A stretch of 64,000 bases of DNA from contig CAMDBP010000002.1 of NCBI GenBank assembly GCA_945889315.1, positions 11,466 through 75,465 on the forward strand. The letters run 5' to 3'. The notes below the pieces were generated by a model. That model searched no databases, was not told where the DNA came from, and worked only from the letters and a program-made list of their open reading frames with translations. Below are positions 9,441 to 19,870 of the stretch, piece by piece (within the stretch, counting starts at the first letter, position 1; the number at the start of each line of letters is the position of its first letter). Source of the stretch: Chitinophaga pinensis. Lineage in GTDB: Bacteria > Bacteroidota > Bacteroidia > NS11-12g > UBA9320. A program made the translations under genes and the position numbers.

Positions 9441-12236
9441 ATGTCATCCGAAAAAAAACTTTTCCTTCTTGATGCGTACGCACTCATTTTTCGTTCGTAT
9501 TATGCATTTATAAAAACGCCTAGAGTAACATCTTACGGTCTGAATACCAACGCTATATTTGGTTTTACTACAACTCTTTTAGAAATTTTAGAAAAATACG
9601 ACCCAAGTCATATAGCCGTTTGTTTTGATCATAAATCAGAGAATGTACGCAAGCAAGAATACCCGTTATACAAAGCAAACAGAGACGAAACTCCTGAAGA
9701 TATTAAGCGTTCTGAACCATTTATTCGACAAATTATAGACGCCTTCAATATTCCGCTTATTGAAAAAGCGGGCTACGAGGCAGATGATGTTATTGTCACA
9801 CTAGCCACCCGAGCAGAAAAAGAAGGATATATCACCTATATGATGACTCCTGACAAAGATTTTGGTCAAGCCGTGACTGAAAAAATTCTAATGTTTAAAC
9901 CTTCCAGAGGTGGCAATCCACCTGAGGTTATGGGGCCAAAGGAAGTGTGTCAGAAATTTGGACTACATCGTACTGAGCAAATTATTGATTACTTGGGACT
10001 TATGGGAGACGCCGTAGATAACATACCTGGAGTTCCAGGCGTAGGTGCAAAAACAGCTTCTAAGCTTTTATTGGAGTTTGGAAGTATGGACGGTATATAC
10101 GAGAATATCGACAAGGTAAAAGGTAAACTAGCTGAAAACCTGATTACCTTTAAGGATCAGGCGTATTTATCCAAAAGCCTTGCAACTATTATCACTGACG
10201 TTCCAGTTGAATTTAACGAGGAGTCCTTATTACGAGAAGAGCCCAATAAAGAACGAATTAACCAACTTTTTACAGAGCTAGAGTTTAGAACATTAACCAA
10301 GCGGGTTTTTCAAGAGACCATGAGTGCTCCCGTTTCTGTTCAAGGTGATCTATTTTCAAGCAGTAGCTCGGCCGCTTCTAGTTCCCCGTTATTACCCAAT
10401 AAAACAGAAACCTTAGTTGTTCTAAAGAACATTGATTCAAACAAACATGACTATCAATTAATCGATAGTCAAGAAAAAAGAAAAATTGTAATCTCTGAAT
10501 TAGAAAACATAAAATCCTTTTGTTTTGATACCGAAACCACATCATTAGAGGAGATGGATGCGGAAGTGCTTGGTCTTGCTATTTCATACGAGAACAACAA
10601 AGCGTATTATGTAAATATGCCAAACGACTTTGAAGACACCAAAGCTATTTTAGGAGAATTTAAGCATTTGTTCGCAGACGCAACCATCGAAAAGATTGCT
10701 CAAAACTTAAAATATGATCTTAAAGTCCTTCTAAAATATGACATACAAATAGCTGGCCCTCAGTTTGATACCATGTTAGCCCATTATCTCGCAAATCCTG
10801 ACGGGAGACATTCCATGGATATCCTTTCAGAAAAATACCTCAATTATAAACCTGTATCTATTACAGAATTAATTGGCAAGAACGGTAAAGGACAACTCAA
10901 TTTTAGAGACGTTCCCTTAGAAAAAGCAACGGAGTATGCTGCCGAAGATGCCGATGTAACCTTTCAATTAAAAGACATCTTACAAAAAGAACTCCTAGAT
11001 AAGCAAGTGGCGCATCTTATGCAACGACTTGAGATGCCTTTGGTGCCAGTGCTAGCAGATATGGAAATGGAGGGTATTCGCGTAGATGCTGACTTCTTGA
11101 ATATATACTCTGACGAGTTGAAGATCATGTCAAACGATCTAGAAAAAATCATTTACGAAAAATCGGGTTGTAATTTTAACATCGCTAGCCCAAAGCAAAT
11201 GGGGGAAGTCCTTTTTGATGTTATGAAAATAGATCCTAAGGCTAAAAAAACAGCTACAGGTCAATACAAAACCGATGAAGCGACACTTAATAAACTAGCT
11301 GCTGAGCATGAGATTGTAAGCAAAATAGTAGATTACAGAAAGGTCAACAAACTACGATCTACCTATGTAGACGCTTTACCTAAACTAATACATCCCAAAA
11401 CAGGCAGAGTACATACTAGCTATGCACAAGCCGTGGCTGCAACAGGGAGACTTAGTAGCACCAACCCTAATCTTCAAAACATACCTATACGCACCGATTT
11501 AGGCAAGGAGATAAGAAAAGCATTTGTGCCAAGAGACGAAAATCACACACTTCTTGCTGTAGATTACTCTCAAATAGAACTCAGAATCGTTGCTTCAGTT
11601 GCCGAAGATGCAGGCATGATGGAGGCTTTTCATGCTGGTATTGACATACATACTGCAACTGCCGCAAAAGTGTTTGGGGTTGATATAGCCGATGTAACCA
11701 AGGAACAACGATATAAAGCCAAGAGTGTAAATTTTGGATTGATCTATGGACAAGGTGCTTTCGGCTTGTCACAAAATCTCGGAATAAAACGCGGTGAAGC
11801 TGCCGAGCTGATTGAAGCATACTTTGCTCAATTTGGTGGCGTAAAAAAATACATGGATGACTCCATAAAATTTTGCCGAGAAAATGGATTCGTAAAAACG
11901 ATTATGGGTCGTAAGCGATTTATTCCAGATATTAACTCCAGCAATCAAACCGTAGTAGGATTTGCAGAACGAAACGCCATAAATGCACCCATACAAGGCA
12001 GCGCTGCCGATATGATAAAGCTTGCCATGATTAATATTCATGCAAGACTAGCAAAAATGAAAGTAGGTACCAAAATGCTGCTTCAAGTTCATGACGAACT
12101 TCTATTTGATGTTCCCAAAACTGAATTGGAAGAAATGACCGCGGTGATCAAAGAAGAAATGGAAAGAGCTATGCCGCTTAAAGTACCCGTAATAGCCGAA
12201 GCTGGACATGGAGATAATTGGCTAGAAGCTCATTAA
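9441..12236 (+). CDS. polA: DNA polymerase I
   Basis: 931 aa with a 5'-nuclease domain, a 3'-5' exonuclease domain ('FDTETTSL') and polymerase motifs 'DYSQIELR' and 'QVHDELLF'. Confidence 0.95.
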   Translation: MSSEKKLFLLDAYALIFRSYYAFIKTPRVTSYGLNTNAIFGFTTTLLEILEKYDPSHIAVCFDHKSENVRKQEYPLYKANRDETPEDIKRSEPFIRQIIDAFNIPLIEKAGYEADDVIVTLATRAEKEGYITYMMTPDKDFGQAVTEKILMFKPSRGGNPPEVMGPKEVCQKFGLHRTEQIIDYLGLMGDAVDNIPGVPGVGAKTASKLLLEFGSMDGIYENIDKVKGKLAENLITFKDQAYLSKSLATIITDVPVEFNEESLLREEPNKERINQLFTELEFRTLTKRVFQETMSAPVSVQGDLFSSSSSAASSSPLLPNKTETLVVLKNIDSNKHDYQLIDSQEKRKIVISELENIKSFCFDTETTSLEEMDAEVLGLAISYENNKAYYVNMPNDFEDTKAILGEFKHLFADATIEKIAQNLKYDLKVLLKYDIQIAGPQFDTMLAHYLANPDGRHSMDILSEKYLNYKPVSITELIGKNGKGQLNFRDVPLEKATEYAAEDADVTFQLKDILQKELLDKQVAHLMQRLEMPLVPVLADMEMEGIRVDADFLNIYSDELKIMSNDLEKIIYEKSGCNFNIASPKQMGEVLFDVMKIDPKAKKTATGQYKTDEATLNKLAAEHEIVSKIVDYRKVNKLRSTYVDALPKLIHPKTGRVHTSYAQAVAATGRLSSTNPNLQNIPIRTDLGKEIRKAFVPRDENHTLLAVDYSQIELRIVASVAEDAGMMEAFHAGIDIHTATAAKVFGVDIADVTKEQRYKAKSVNFGLIYGQGAFGLSQNLGIKRGEAAELIEAYFAQFGGVKKYMDDSIKFCRENGFVKTIMGRKRFIPDINSSNQTVVGFAERNAINAPIQGSAADMIKLAMINIHARLAKMKVGTKMLLQVHDELLFDVPKTELEEMTAVIKEEMERAMPLKVPVIAEAGHGDNWLEAH

Positions 12237-12274
12237 ATAAAAAAGACTTTTTAACGTAATTTCGCAACGCAAGA

Positions 12275-13018
12275 ATGGGTATAGTTTATTTCGCATCTGA
12301 TTTTCATTTAGGTACTCCCGATTACGAAACATCTTTACTACGAGAAAAAAAAGTAGTAAGCTGGTTGAAGAGTATTGAGCACAATTGCGAAACCTTATTC
12401 TTAATGGGTGACGTTTTTGATTTTTGGTACGAGTACAAAACTGTTGTCCCAAAAAACTATTCGAGATTGTTAGGTCAACTCGCCAGTATGACCGATAATG
12501 GTATAAAAATCTATTTCTTTAAAGGCAACCACGACATGTGGACCTTTGACTACTTACAAACAGAGATAGGCATGACCATTATTGATGAGGAACTAATACT
12601 GACTATGGACGATAAAAAGTTCTTTATGCATCACGGTGATGGACTTTGGAAGAGCGAAACTACCTATACTATGGTACGAAAAATATTTAGGAGTCGGTGG
12701 GCAATTTGGCTCTTTCACAGATTTCACCCTAACTTCGGAATAGGTTTAGCTAATTTTTTGAGCATAAGCAGTCGCAAGAAAAATAGTATTGCAGATGAAC
12801 AAGATATACCGTTGGAAAAAGAACATCATTATCAATTTGCACTAAATCACGCTGCCACATCAGACACCGATTTTTATATTTTTGGGCATAGACATAAGCC
12901 CATGGACGTAAAAGTAGGTCAAAAATCACGGTTGATAAACTTGGGCGATTGGGTAACAAAATTTACCTATGCCGAATGGGATGGAAAAGACATTACGCTA
13001 CATACTTATTGTAATTAA
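12275..13018 (+). CDS. lpxH: UDP-2,3-diacylglucosamine diphosphatase
   Basis: Metallophosphoesterase motifs 'SDFHLG', 'GDVFDFW' and 'GNHD'. Size and layout fit LpxH. Confidence 0.8.
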   Translation: MGIVYFASDFHLGTPDYETSLLREKKVVSWLKSIEHNCETLFLMGDVFDFWYEYKTVVPKNYSRLLGQLASMTDNGIKIYFFKGNHDMWTFDYLQTEIGMTIIDEELILTMDDKKFFMHHGDGLWKSETTYTMVRKIFRSRWAIWLFHRFHPNFGIGLANFLSISSRKKNSIADEQDIPLEKEHHYQFALNHAATSDTDFYIFGHRHKPMDVKVGQKSRLINLGDWVTKFTYAEWDGKDITLHTYCN

Positions 13019-13778
13019 TGTATTAGTTGGTTTTCAGCTTAGTGCTCAAGACACACTTACGTTGACTAATGTAAAAGATGTCACCTCATTTGAGATGGAT
13101 CTAAAAGGCAATATTTTTGTGGCAGACCAATCCTTAACTCTTTTTAAATATTCGAGTGATGGCAAACTGCTCACCAACGTGAGTATTAAATCCTATGGTC
13201 CGCTAACATCTATTGATTGTAGTAACCCATTCGAAATTTATACTTTCCACAAAGATCAGAACATCATCGTGTTTTACGATAATATGCTAAATCTAAGAGG
13301 TGAGCTACGATTAAATGAATACTTCTACAACAATATTTCTTGTGTCGCCAGATCCTTTGATAATCAAATCTGGGTTATGGATCTATCTCAATTCAAATTA
13401 CTAAAAATTAATAAAAAAGGAGAGGTTTTAGCCGAGTCGCCCTATTTGAACAATGTTCTTGGCAGTGATTTGAACACATTCAAAGTGTGGGAATTTGGTA
13501 ATATGGTTTACGTTGCAGACTCATTGGTTGGTATTTATGAATTTGATATGTACGCTACTTACAATACTACATATTACTTATCCGGCATAAGCGAAGCAGA
13601 AAGTTATCCTGGAGGTTTTTTTTTATCCTTTAAAAACAGCCTAATACTTTACCCTATGCTTAGCAGAAACCCTATTGATCTATTCGTAAAATTACCAACA
13701 AACACCTTTTTTTCTTCAGCCAATAGAAAACTTTACTACCTCAACCAAAACAAAATAATTTCTTACCTCAGCGAGTAA
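12981..13778 (+). CDS. Hypothetical secreted protein (beta-propeller-like)
   Basis: Signal peptide 'MEKTLRYILIVINVLVGFQLSAQ'. The ORF track starts at 12969. The gene overlaps the lpxH 3' end. Confidence 0.55.
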   Translation: MEKTLRYILIVINVLVGFQLSAQDTLTLTNVKDVTSFEMDLKGNIFVADQSLTLFKYSSDGKLLTNVSIKSYGPLTSIDCSNPFEIYTFHKDQNIIVFYDNMLNLRGELRLNEYFYNNISCVARSFDNQIWVMDLSQFKLLKINKKGEVLAESPYLNNVLGSDLNTFKVWEFGNMVYVADSLVGIYEFDMYATYNTTYYLSGISEAESYPGGFFLSFKNSLILYPMLSRNPIDLFVKLPTNTFFSSANRKLYYLNQNKIISYLSE

Positions 13779-13782
13779 AAGG

Positions 13783-13790
13783 TATTTTTG
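13783..13790 (+). promoter_or_regulatory. -7 promoter box (TATTTTTG) for prfA
   Basis: Exact TAnnTTTG, 14 nt upstream of the ATG at 13805. Confidence 0.5.
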
Positions 13791-13804
13791 CAGGTTAATA
13801 CGCC

Positions 13805-14875
13805 ATGCTCGAAACATTAGAGGGAATACACGCACGATTTAAAGAAGTAGAATTATTACTTAGCAGCCCTGACGTCGCTTCTGACATGAAGCAATTCACC
13901 AAGCTTACTAAAGAATATAGCGACCTAAAACAACTGGTTGAACGCTATTTTGAATATAAAAATCTTCTTGGTAATTTGGCAGAAGCTAAAGAAATATTAG
14001 AAAACAGCAATGATCCTGAAATGAAGGAGATGGCCAAAGAAGAATTTGAAGATTTAAACGGGAAACAAGGTCCTCTGGAGGAAGAGATAAAACTGCTACT
14101 AATACCCAAAGATCCAGAAGACGATAAAAATGCAATGGTCGAAATACGTGCCGGAGCCGGTGGGGACGAGGCCAGTATTTTTGCTGGAGACCTTTATCGC
14201 ATGTACACCAAATTTTTTGACACCCAAGGTTGGAAACACGAAATAATGGATGTCACTGAAGGAACCGCAGGGGGTTTTAAAGAGGTTATTATCAAAGTAG
14301 AGGGCAATGAAATATTTGGAACCCTGAAATTTGAAGCAGGCGTACACCGCGTACAGCGCGTACCCGAGACCGAAACACAAGGTCGCGTACACACATCTGC
14401 TGCGACGGTTGCCGTACTTCCAGAAGTAGAAGAAATTGATTTACAAATAAACCCTGCGGATATAGATATGCAAACCAGTCGCTCGGGAGGTGCTGGTGGG
14501 CAGAACGTAAATAAGGTAGAAACCAAAGTACAACTAACTCACAAGCCAAGTGGAATAGTTGTAGTTTGCCAACAAGCAAGATCTCAATTAGCCAATAGGG
14601 AGTTAGCGATGGATATGATTCGCTCAAAATTATACGATATCGAACTTGTAAAACGTAATGGTGACATTGCTGCACAGCGTAAAACAATGGTGAGCACAGG
14701 AGATAGATCTGCCAAAATACGGACGTATAATTATCCTCAAGGTAGAGTAACCGATCACCGTATCAATCTTACGTTATATAACCTAAACGGTGTAATGAAT
14801 GGTGATATAATGGAGGTAATCAACGCATTAAAAATGGCAGAAAATGCTGAAAAGCTAAAAGTAGGCGGGTTATAA
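13805..14875 (+). CDS. prfA: Peptide chain release factor 1
   Basis: 'GGQ' motif in '[14 protein letters not shown]', and a 'PET' (PxT) tripeptide in '[12 protein letters not shown]'. Confidence 0.95.
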   Translation: MLETLEGIHARFKEVELLLSSPDVASDMKQFTKLTKEYSDLKQLVERYFEYKNLLGNLAEAKEILENSNDPEMKEMAKEEFEDLNGKQGPLEEEIKLLLIPKDPEDDKNAMVEIRAGAGGDEASIFAGDLYRMYTKFFDTQGWKHEIMDVTEGTAGGFKEVIIKVEGNEIFGTLKFEAGVHRVQRVPETETQGRVHTSAATVAVLPEVEEIDLQINPADIDMQTSRSGGAGGQNVNKVETKVQLTHKPSGIVVVCQQARSQLANRELAMDMIRSKLYDIELVKRNGDIAAQRKTMVSTGDRSAKIRTYNYPQGRVTDHRINLTLYNLNGVMNGDIMEVINALKMAENAEKLKVGGL

Positions 14876-14965
14876 TCTCATTTTTATTTTTTTCTAGCAA
14901 TAACAGGTCTTATTTTAGGCTATTTAGTGTAAAATATTATTTTTGCCCTCAAAATAGATTAAAAT

Positions 14966-17128
14966 ATGCGTCATCAAGCAATAAAAACCGTTTCAAGTCG
15001 AAAAAACACATTTTCTCACAAAGGAAATGTTTCATTTACTAAGCTTTACAATTCTAATGTGTTTGATGATCTCGCAATGCGAGATTTCTTGAGCAAAGAA
15101 GCTTATGAATCTGTTACAAAATCTGTAACTGAAGGAAAAACTATCAATCGTAAAATGGCAGAGCACGTAGCCTCTGGCATGAAGCGATGGGCATTGAGCA
15201 AAGGAGCAACGCATTACACTCATTGGTTTCAACCACTTACGGGTTCTACTGCCGAAAAACACGACTCTTTCTGGGAACCTAGTGGAGGTAAAGCAGTAGA
15301 GAAATTTTCAGCTGGATCACTTGTACAACAAGAACCCGATGCATCAAGTTTACCAAATGGAGGACTTCGAAATACGTTTGAAGCAAGAGGATATACCGCT
15401 TGGGACCCATCATCGCCTGCATTTATTCACGAAAATAGCACCGGTAAAACGTTGTGTATCCCAACCGTTTTTGTTTCATACAATGGAGAAGCACTGGATT
15501 ACAAAGCTCCTCTACTAAAATCTATCAAACTGGTAGATCAAGCAGCAACAGAAATTTGCAAATACTTCCTTAAAAAAGTAACCTCGGTTAAACCATCATT
15601 GGGTATAGAACAAGAATACTTTCTAGTGGATGAAGCTATGTTCAATGCTCGTCCAGATTTAATGATGTGTGGAAGAACGCTGGTGGGCCACGCTCCTGCC
15701 AAAGGCCAACAAATGGATGATCATTATTTTGGGGCCATTCCTGATAGGGTTTTTAATTACATGTATGAAGTGGAAATAGAGGCCGCCAAACTAGGTATTC
15801 CTTTAAAAACCCGTCACAACGAAGTTGCGCCAGGCCAGTACGAATGCGCGCCCATGTTTGAAGATGTAAATCTTGCCGTAGATCATAATCAATTATTGAT
15901 GGATCTAATGGACCACTTAGCTCACAAACATCATTTCCGTGTTCTATTTCACGAAAAACCGTTCGCAGGCATAAACGGATCCGGCAAACATAACAACTGG
16001 TCGTTAATTACGAATACCGGCACCAACCTTCTTTCGCCAGGAAGTGACCCTAATTCTAACTTACTTTTCTTGACTATTTTTATAAATACTATCAAGGCTT
16101 TACATGACAATGCTGACATAATAAGAGCCAGCATTGCATCTGCTTCTAATGATCACAGACTGGGAGCTAATGAGGCACCTCCAGCCATTATATCTGCATT
16201 CATAGGTTCTAAGCTTACCGATGTTTTGAATGCATTTTTAAAAGATAGCACGGCAAGCGATAAAGATGATCGGAAGTCTATTCACATAGATACTATACCC
16301 GAAATATTTAGGGATAATACGGATAGAAATAGAACGTCACCATTTGCATTTACAGGTAATAAATTTGAGCTTAGAGCAGTAGGCTCTTCAGCAAACTCGG
16401 CACAACCTATGACCGCATTAAACAGTGCTGTTGCAAATCAATTAATTATATTTAAACAAGCAGTAGACCATGCTATAGAAAATGGAACTGACCAAAAATC
16501 TGCTATTGTATCTGAGCTAAAGCAAGTTTTGCGAAGTGCGCAAAATATTCTTTTTGAAGGGAATAATTACAGCGATGAGTGGGCGTCAGAGGCGGCTAAA
16601 CGTGGATTAAGTAATATTAAAAACACCGCAGAAGCTCTAAAAGCTTACGTAAGTCCACAAGCAGAAAAAACCTTTGTAAAAAATGGAGTTTTCACAAAAG
16701 AAGAATTGCATGCCCGCTTTGAAATAATGTTAGAAGAGTACATCAAAAAAATCCAAATTGAAGGTCGAGTATTGGGCGATTTGGTGTACACCTTTATACT
16801 TCCGCCTGCTATTGAATACCTTACTTCGCTTGCTCAAAACGTAAAAGCTATGAAAGATTCTGGACTTAATGCCGGTCTTGCGCAACTTGACCTTATCAAG
16901 GAAATCGCAGAACATATTGATCAGGCCAAAGCTAAAACGGATGTAATGGTTGAAGCTAGAAGAGTCGCGAATCTTGAACCAGATTCTCAAAAAATGGCGA
17001 TAGCATATCACAAAACAGTAAAGGAGTCATTCGACGACATTCGTTACCACGCCGACAAATTAGAACAACTCGTTGACGATAAAATGTGGCAATTACCCAA
17101 ATATCGTGAACTTTTATTCTTGAAATAA
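14966..17128 (+). CDS. glnA: Glutamine synthetase, type III
   Basis: 720 aa, the length typical of Bacteroidota GSIII, with catalytic core 'NEVAPGQYE' and 'NGSGKHNNWS'. Confidence 0.9.
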   Translation: MRHQAIKTVSSRKNTFSHKGNVSFTKLYNSNVFDDLAMRDFLSKEAYESVTKSVTEGKTINRKMAEHVASGMKRWALSKGATHYTHWFQPLTGSTAEKHDSFWEPSGGKAVEKFSAGSLVQQEPDASSLPNGGLRNTFEARGYTAWDPSSPAFIHENSTGKTLCIPTVFVSYNGEALDYKAPLLKSIKLVDQAATEICKYFLKKVTSVKPSLGIEQEYFLVDEAMFNARPDLMMCGRTLVGHAPAKGQQMDDHYFGAIPDRVFNYMYEVEIEAAKLGIPLKTRHNEVAPGQYECAPMFEDVNLAVDHNQLLMDLMDHLAHKHHFRVLFHEKPFAGINGSGKHNNWSLITNTGTNLLSPGSDPNSNLLFLTIFINTIKALHDNADIIRASIASASNDHRLGANEAPPAIISAFIGSKLTDVLNAFLKDSTASDKDDRKSIHIDTIPEIFRDNTDRNRTSPFAFTGNKFELRAVGSSANSAQPMTALNSAVANQLIIFKQAVDHAIENGTDQKSAIVSELKQVLRSAQNILFEGNNYSDEWASEAAKRGLSNIKNTAEALKAYVSPQAEKTFVKNGVFTKEELHARFEIMLEEYIKKIQIEGRVLGDLVYTFILPPAIEYLTSLAQNVKAMKDSGLNAGLAQLDLIKEIAEHIDQAKAKTDVMVEARRVANLEPDSQKMAIAYHKTVKESFDDIRYHADKLEQLVDDKMWQLPKYRELLFLK

Positions 17129-17153
17129 AACCAGTATAACACAACATATTAAA

Positions 17154-17196
17154 GACCTCTAGATCACAAATCATTTGTGAATTAGAGGTTTTTTTA
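17154..17196 (+). terminator. Rho-independent terminator after glnA(III)
   Basis: Long hairpin GACCTCTA...TAGAGGT with an inner CACAAA/TTTGTG pairing, followed by T7. Confidence 0.7.
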
Positions 17197-17260
17197 GGAC
17201 CAAAATATAAATTTGGTTTTGGGCATATAATTTTTGATTTTTGACGTTCTTATTTATACG

Positions 17261-19858
17261 ATGAATCTGAAAAACATAAACTCAATTAAATCCGTTGCAT
17301 TTTTTGTTGTAATTGGCTTACTTACAGCATGTAACAGTGTTACAATGAAGAAAGCAGACGACGCAATGCTTATAAAGCAGTATGCAATTGCTGCTGACAT
17401 GTACGACCAATTGGCCAGTAATTCTTCCTTAACAAAGGAGGAAAGACAAAATGCAGCGTTTAGAGGCGCAGAATGTTATCGATTCAATCACCAACCCAAA
17501 AAAGCGTTAAAACTATATGCTAAGTCTTTAACCTACGGCGCAAAAGATCCGCAAGTTTTATTCCGATTGGGACAAACACAGAAAGAATTAGGCGAGTACC
17601 AACAAGCTATTGAGTCATTTAAAAAATACCAAAAAGAGGCGCCAAGTGATGAACGCACCGAAACCATGATTAAAGGATGTGAGTCGGCCTTAGTTTGGAA
17701 AGAACAAAAATCACGATATCAAGTTGAACCATTTAAAGTCGCAAATGATAAAGGAGCGGACGACTTTTCTCCCGTATGGGCCGACCGAAAACAGACAACC
17801 ATCATGTTTACCTCTGACAGAGAAGGTGGAGCAGATAAAGGAGTTTATGGCAGAACGCTGAGATTCCATACGGACGTATGGATAGTTAAGAAAAGTTCGG
17901 CTAAAGGAAAATCTGATAAATGGGAAGCTCCAGTTTTGGTAGAAGAGCTAAACACAGACTATAATGACGGGGCTATTGCATTTAATGATCGAATGACTAA
18001 AATGTATGTTACACAGTGTAATGGGATAAAAGGTCAGGCGCCAAAATGTAAAATATACGAAGCTAGAAAATCAGGAAAAGGATGGGTTATGAATCCAGAG
18101 CCATTAAGTTTCTGTACCGGTGAGGGAAATATTAACTGGACTTACGGTCATCCTACACTAAGTCCTGATGATAATACCATGTACTTTGCATCAGATAGAC
18201 CAGGAGGTTACGGAGATACTGGCGCTTTAGAAAGAACGAAAGATATTTGGATGGTTACTTATGTAAAAAGAGGAAAAACATGGAGTGAGCCAATCAACTT
18301 AGGACCTTCGGTTAACACAGAAGATAATGAGTTGTTCCCATATGCACATCAAGATGGTAGCCTTTACTTTGCTTCTGATGGACACCCAGGAGTTGGAGGT
18401 TTAGATATATTTGAGACTACAAAAAGTGGTGACGGTCCAGAAGATTGGTCGGTCCCCACTAATATGAAAAGTCCTGTAAACTCTGCTGGTGACGATTTTG
18501 GAATAATAATCGATGCGACTAAAGAGAATGGTTACTTTACCACTAACAGAGATAAAAATCAAGATGATATATGGGCATTCACTATGGAGCCTATAAAATG
18601 TAAAGTAAAAGGACAAGTAACAGATTGTGACAGCGGAACAGCTATCGTGGACGCCATGGTTATTCTTAGTAATAACATAGATTCTAGCAAAATTAGACTT
18701 AGAACTGATAGCAAAGGATATTACGAAACGGAAATTGGAATTAACAGAGAGTATACGTTAGAAGTGTCTAAAAGAGATGCATATTACTATGATGCAAAAC
18801 CACAGTACGTGAGTACCATGGGCGTTGAGAATTCCCTAGATTGTCAGCATATTAAAGATTTCTGTATGAAAAATACGTGTAATGACGTATTTGTTCTTCC
18901 TATTTACTATGACCTTGCTGAGGACTTCATAAGAAATGATGCGATGCCAATTTTAGATGACCTTATCAAAACGTTACAGAAATATCCTAAAATGGCCGTG
19001 GAACTTGGTTCGCACACGGATTGTAGAGCTGGTTACGAATATAATTTAGATCTTTCTCAACGAAGAGCTAACTCTGCCATTAAGTATATTATAGAAAAAG
19101 GTAAAATAAATCCATTTAGACTTGAAGCTCGGGGATACGGTGAGTCACAATTAGTGAATAACTGCGCATGCGAAGACAATCTTAAATCTAACTGTAGCGA
19201 AACAGAACATCAAAAAAATAGACGTACTACCGTGAAGGTCGTAAACTGTAATTTTGATGTATTATCAATAGGTGTAGACTACGTTCAACGTAATGATGCA
19301 GCTCTGAATGGAAAGGGATCCATTTATAGTCCTTATCTACTTGAGCAACAACGTCAATTCTTAACTGCAACAAAAGGTGACATCGACAGCTTCTTGCGCG
19401 TTCAGGCTTTTAATGACAGCATGCTTTTAGTTAAAAAAGAATTCGATGCACTTTCTGCTAAGTATGATTTTATTACATTAACACCAGGAAAAGGTGAAGG
19501 AAACTATAGTCTTTACGGTTATATAGGACGCAAGAAAATCAAGTTTAATTATGATGGAAGCGAGAGAAGAACGTTAATACCACAAGAAATGGTGGAGCAG
19601 TTGATTACTGCAGGTACTATTAGTGCTGCCGACTTTAAAGATACTGGCGAAAAAATAAAGCTAGCCGATGGAACCAAGATTTTCGGAACATCATTCACAC
19701 TTAAAGAACTTAAGTTGGACGAAAAAGTATTTACCGACGTGAAATGTAAAATGATTGAAACTAACGAATTGTCTTTAGGATTTAGCGTTTTTGAGAAGGA
19801 TTACGTAGATTTTGAAATTAAAGATGGTAAAATCTGGTTATTAAAGGAATCAGAATAA
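17261..19858 (+). CDS. OmpA-family lipoprotein (TPR + TolB-like beta-propeller + CarboxypepD_reg-like + OmpA domain) with an extra C-terminal extension of about 200 aa
   Basis: Lipobox 'GLLTAC' after the ATG at 17261 (the track starts at 17234). OmpA peptidoglycan-binding core 'ELGSHTDCRAGYEYNLDLSQRRANSA...ARGYGES'. The sequence continues about 200 aa beyond 'RRTTVKVV'. Confidence 0.8.
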   Translation: MNLKNINSIKSVAFFVVIGLLTACNSVTMKKADDAMLIKQYAIAADMYDQLASNSSLTKEERQNAAFRGAECYRFNHQPKKALKLYAKSLTYGAKDPQVLFRLGQTQKELGEYQQAIESFKKYQKEAPSDERTETMIKGCESALVWKEQKSRYQVEPFKVANDKGADDFSPVWADRKQTTIMFTSDREGGADKGVYGRTLRFHTDVWIVKKSSAKGKSDKWEAPVLVEELNTDYNDGAIAFNDRMTKMYVTQCNGIKGQAPKCKIYEARKSGKGWVMNPEPLSFCTGEGNINWTYGHPTLSPDDNTMYFASDRPGGYGDTGALERTKDIWMVTYVKRGKTWSEPINLGPSVNTEDNELFPYAHQDGSLYFASDGHPGVGGLDIFETTKSGDGPEDWSVPTNMKSPVNSAGDDFGIIIDATKENGYFTTNRDKNQDDIWAFTMEPIKCKVKGQVTDCDSGTAIVDAMVILSNNIDSSKIRLRTDSKGYYETEIGINREYTLEVSKRDAYYYDAKPQYVSTMGVENSLDCQHIKDFCMKNTCNDVFVLPIYYDLAEDFIRNDAMPILDDLIKTLQKYPKMAVELGSHTDCRAGYEYNLDLSQRRANSAIKYIIEKGKINPFRLEARGYGESQLVNNCACEDNLKSNCSETEHQKNRRTTVKVVNCNFDVLSIGVDYVQRNDAALNGKGSIYSPYLLEQQRQFLTATKGDIDSFLRVQAFNDSMLLVKKEFDALSAKYDFITLTPGKGEGNYSLYGYIGRKKIKFNYDGSERRTLIPQEMVEQLITAGTISAADFKDTGEKIKLADGTKIFGTSFTLKELKLDEKVFTDVKCKMIETNELSLGFSVFEKDYVDFEIKDGKIWLLKESE

Positions 19859-19870
19859 TAAAGTAGATCA

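Noticed and set aside
14194-14687. Antisense ORFs of 110 and 131 aa (14194..14526, 14292..14687) inside prfA
   Set aside because: They are fully embedded opposite a highly conserved CDS and have low-complexity, Cys/Ser/Pro-rich translations with no promoter box. This is a typical antisense-frame artefact. The same reasoning applies to 3662..3865, 4274..4579, 20062..20460, 23446..23895, 25776..26054, 33142..33420, 35534..36025, 36356..36694, 51803..52126 and similar track entries.
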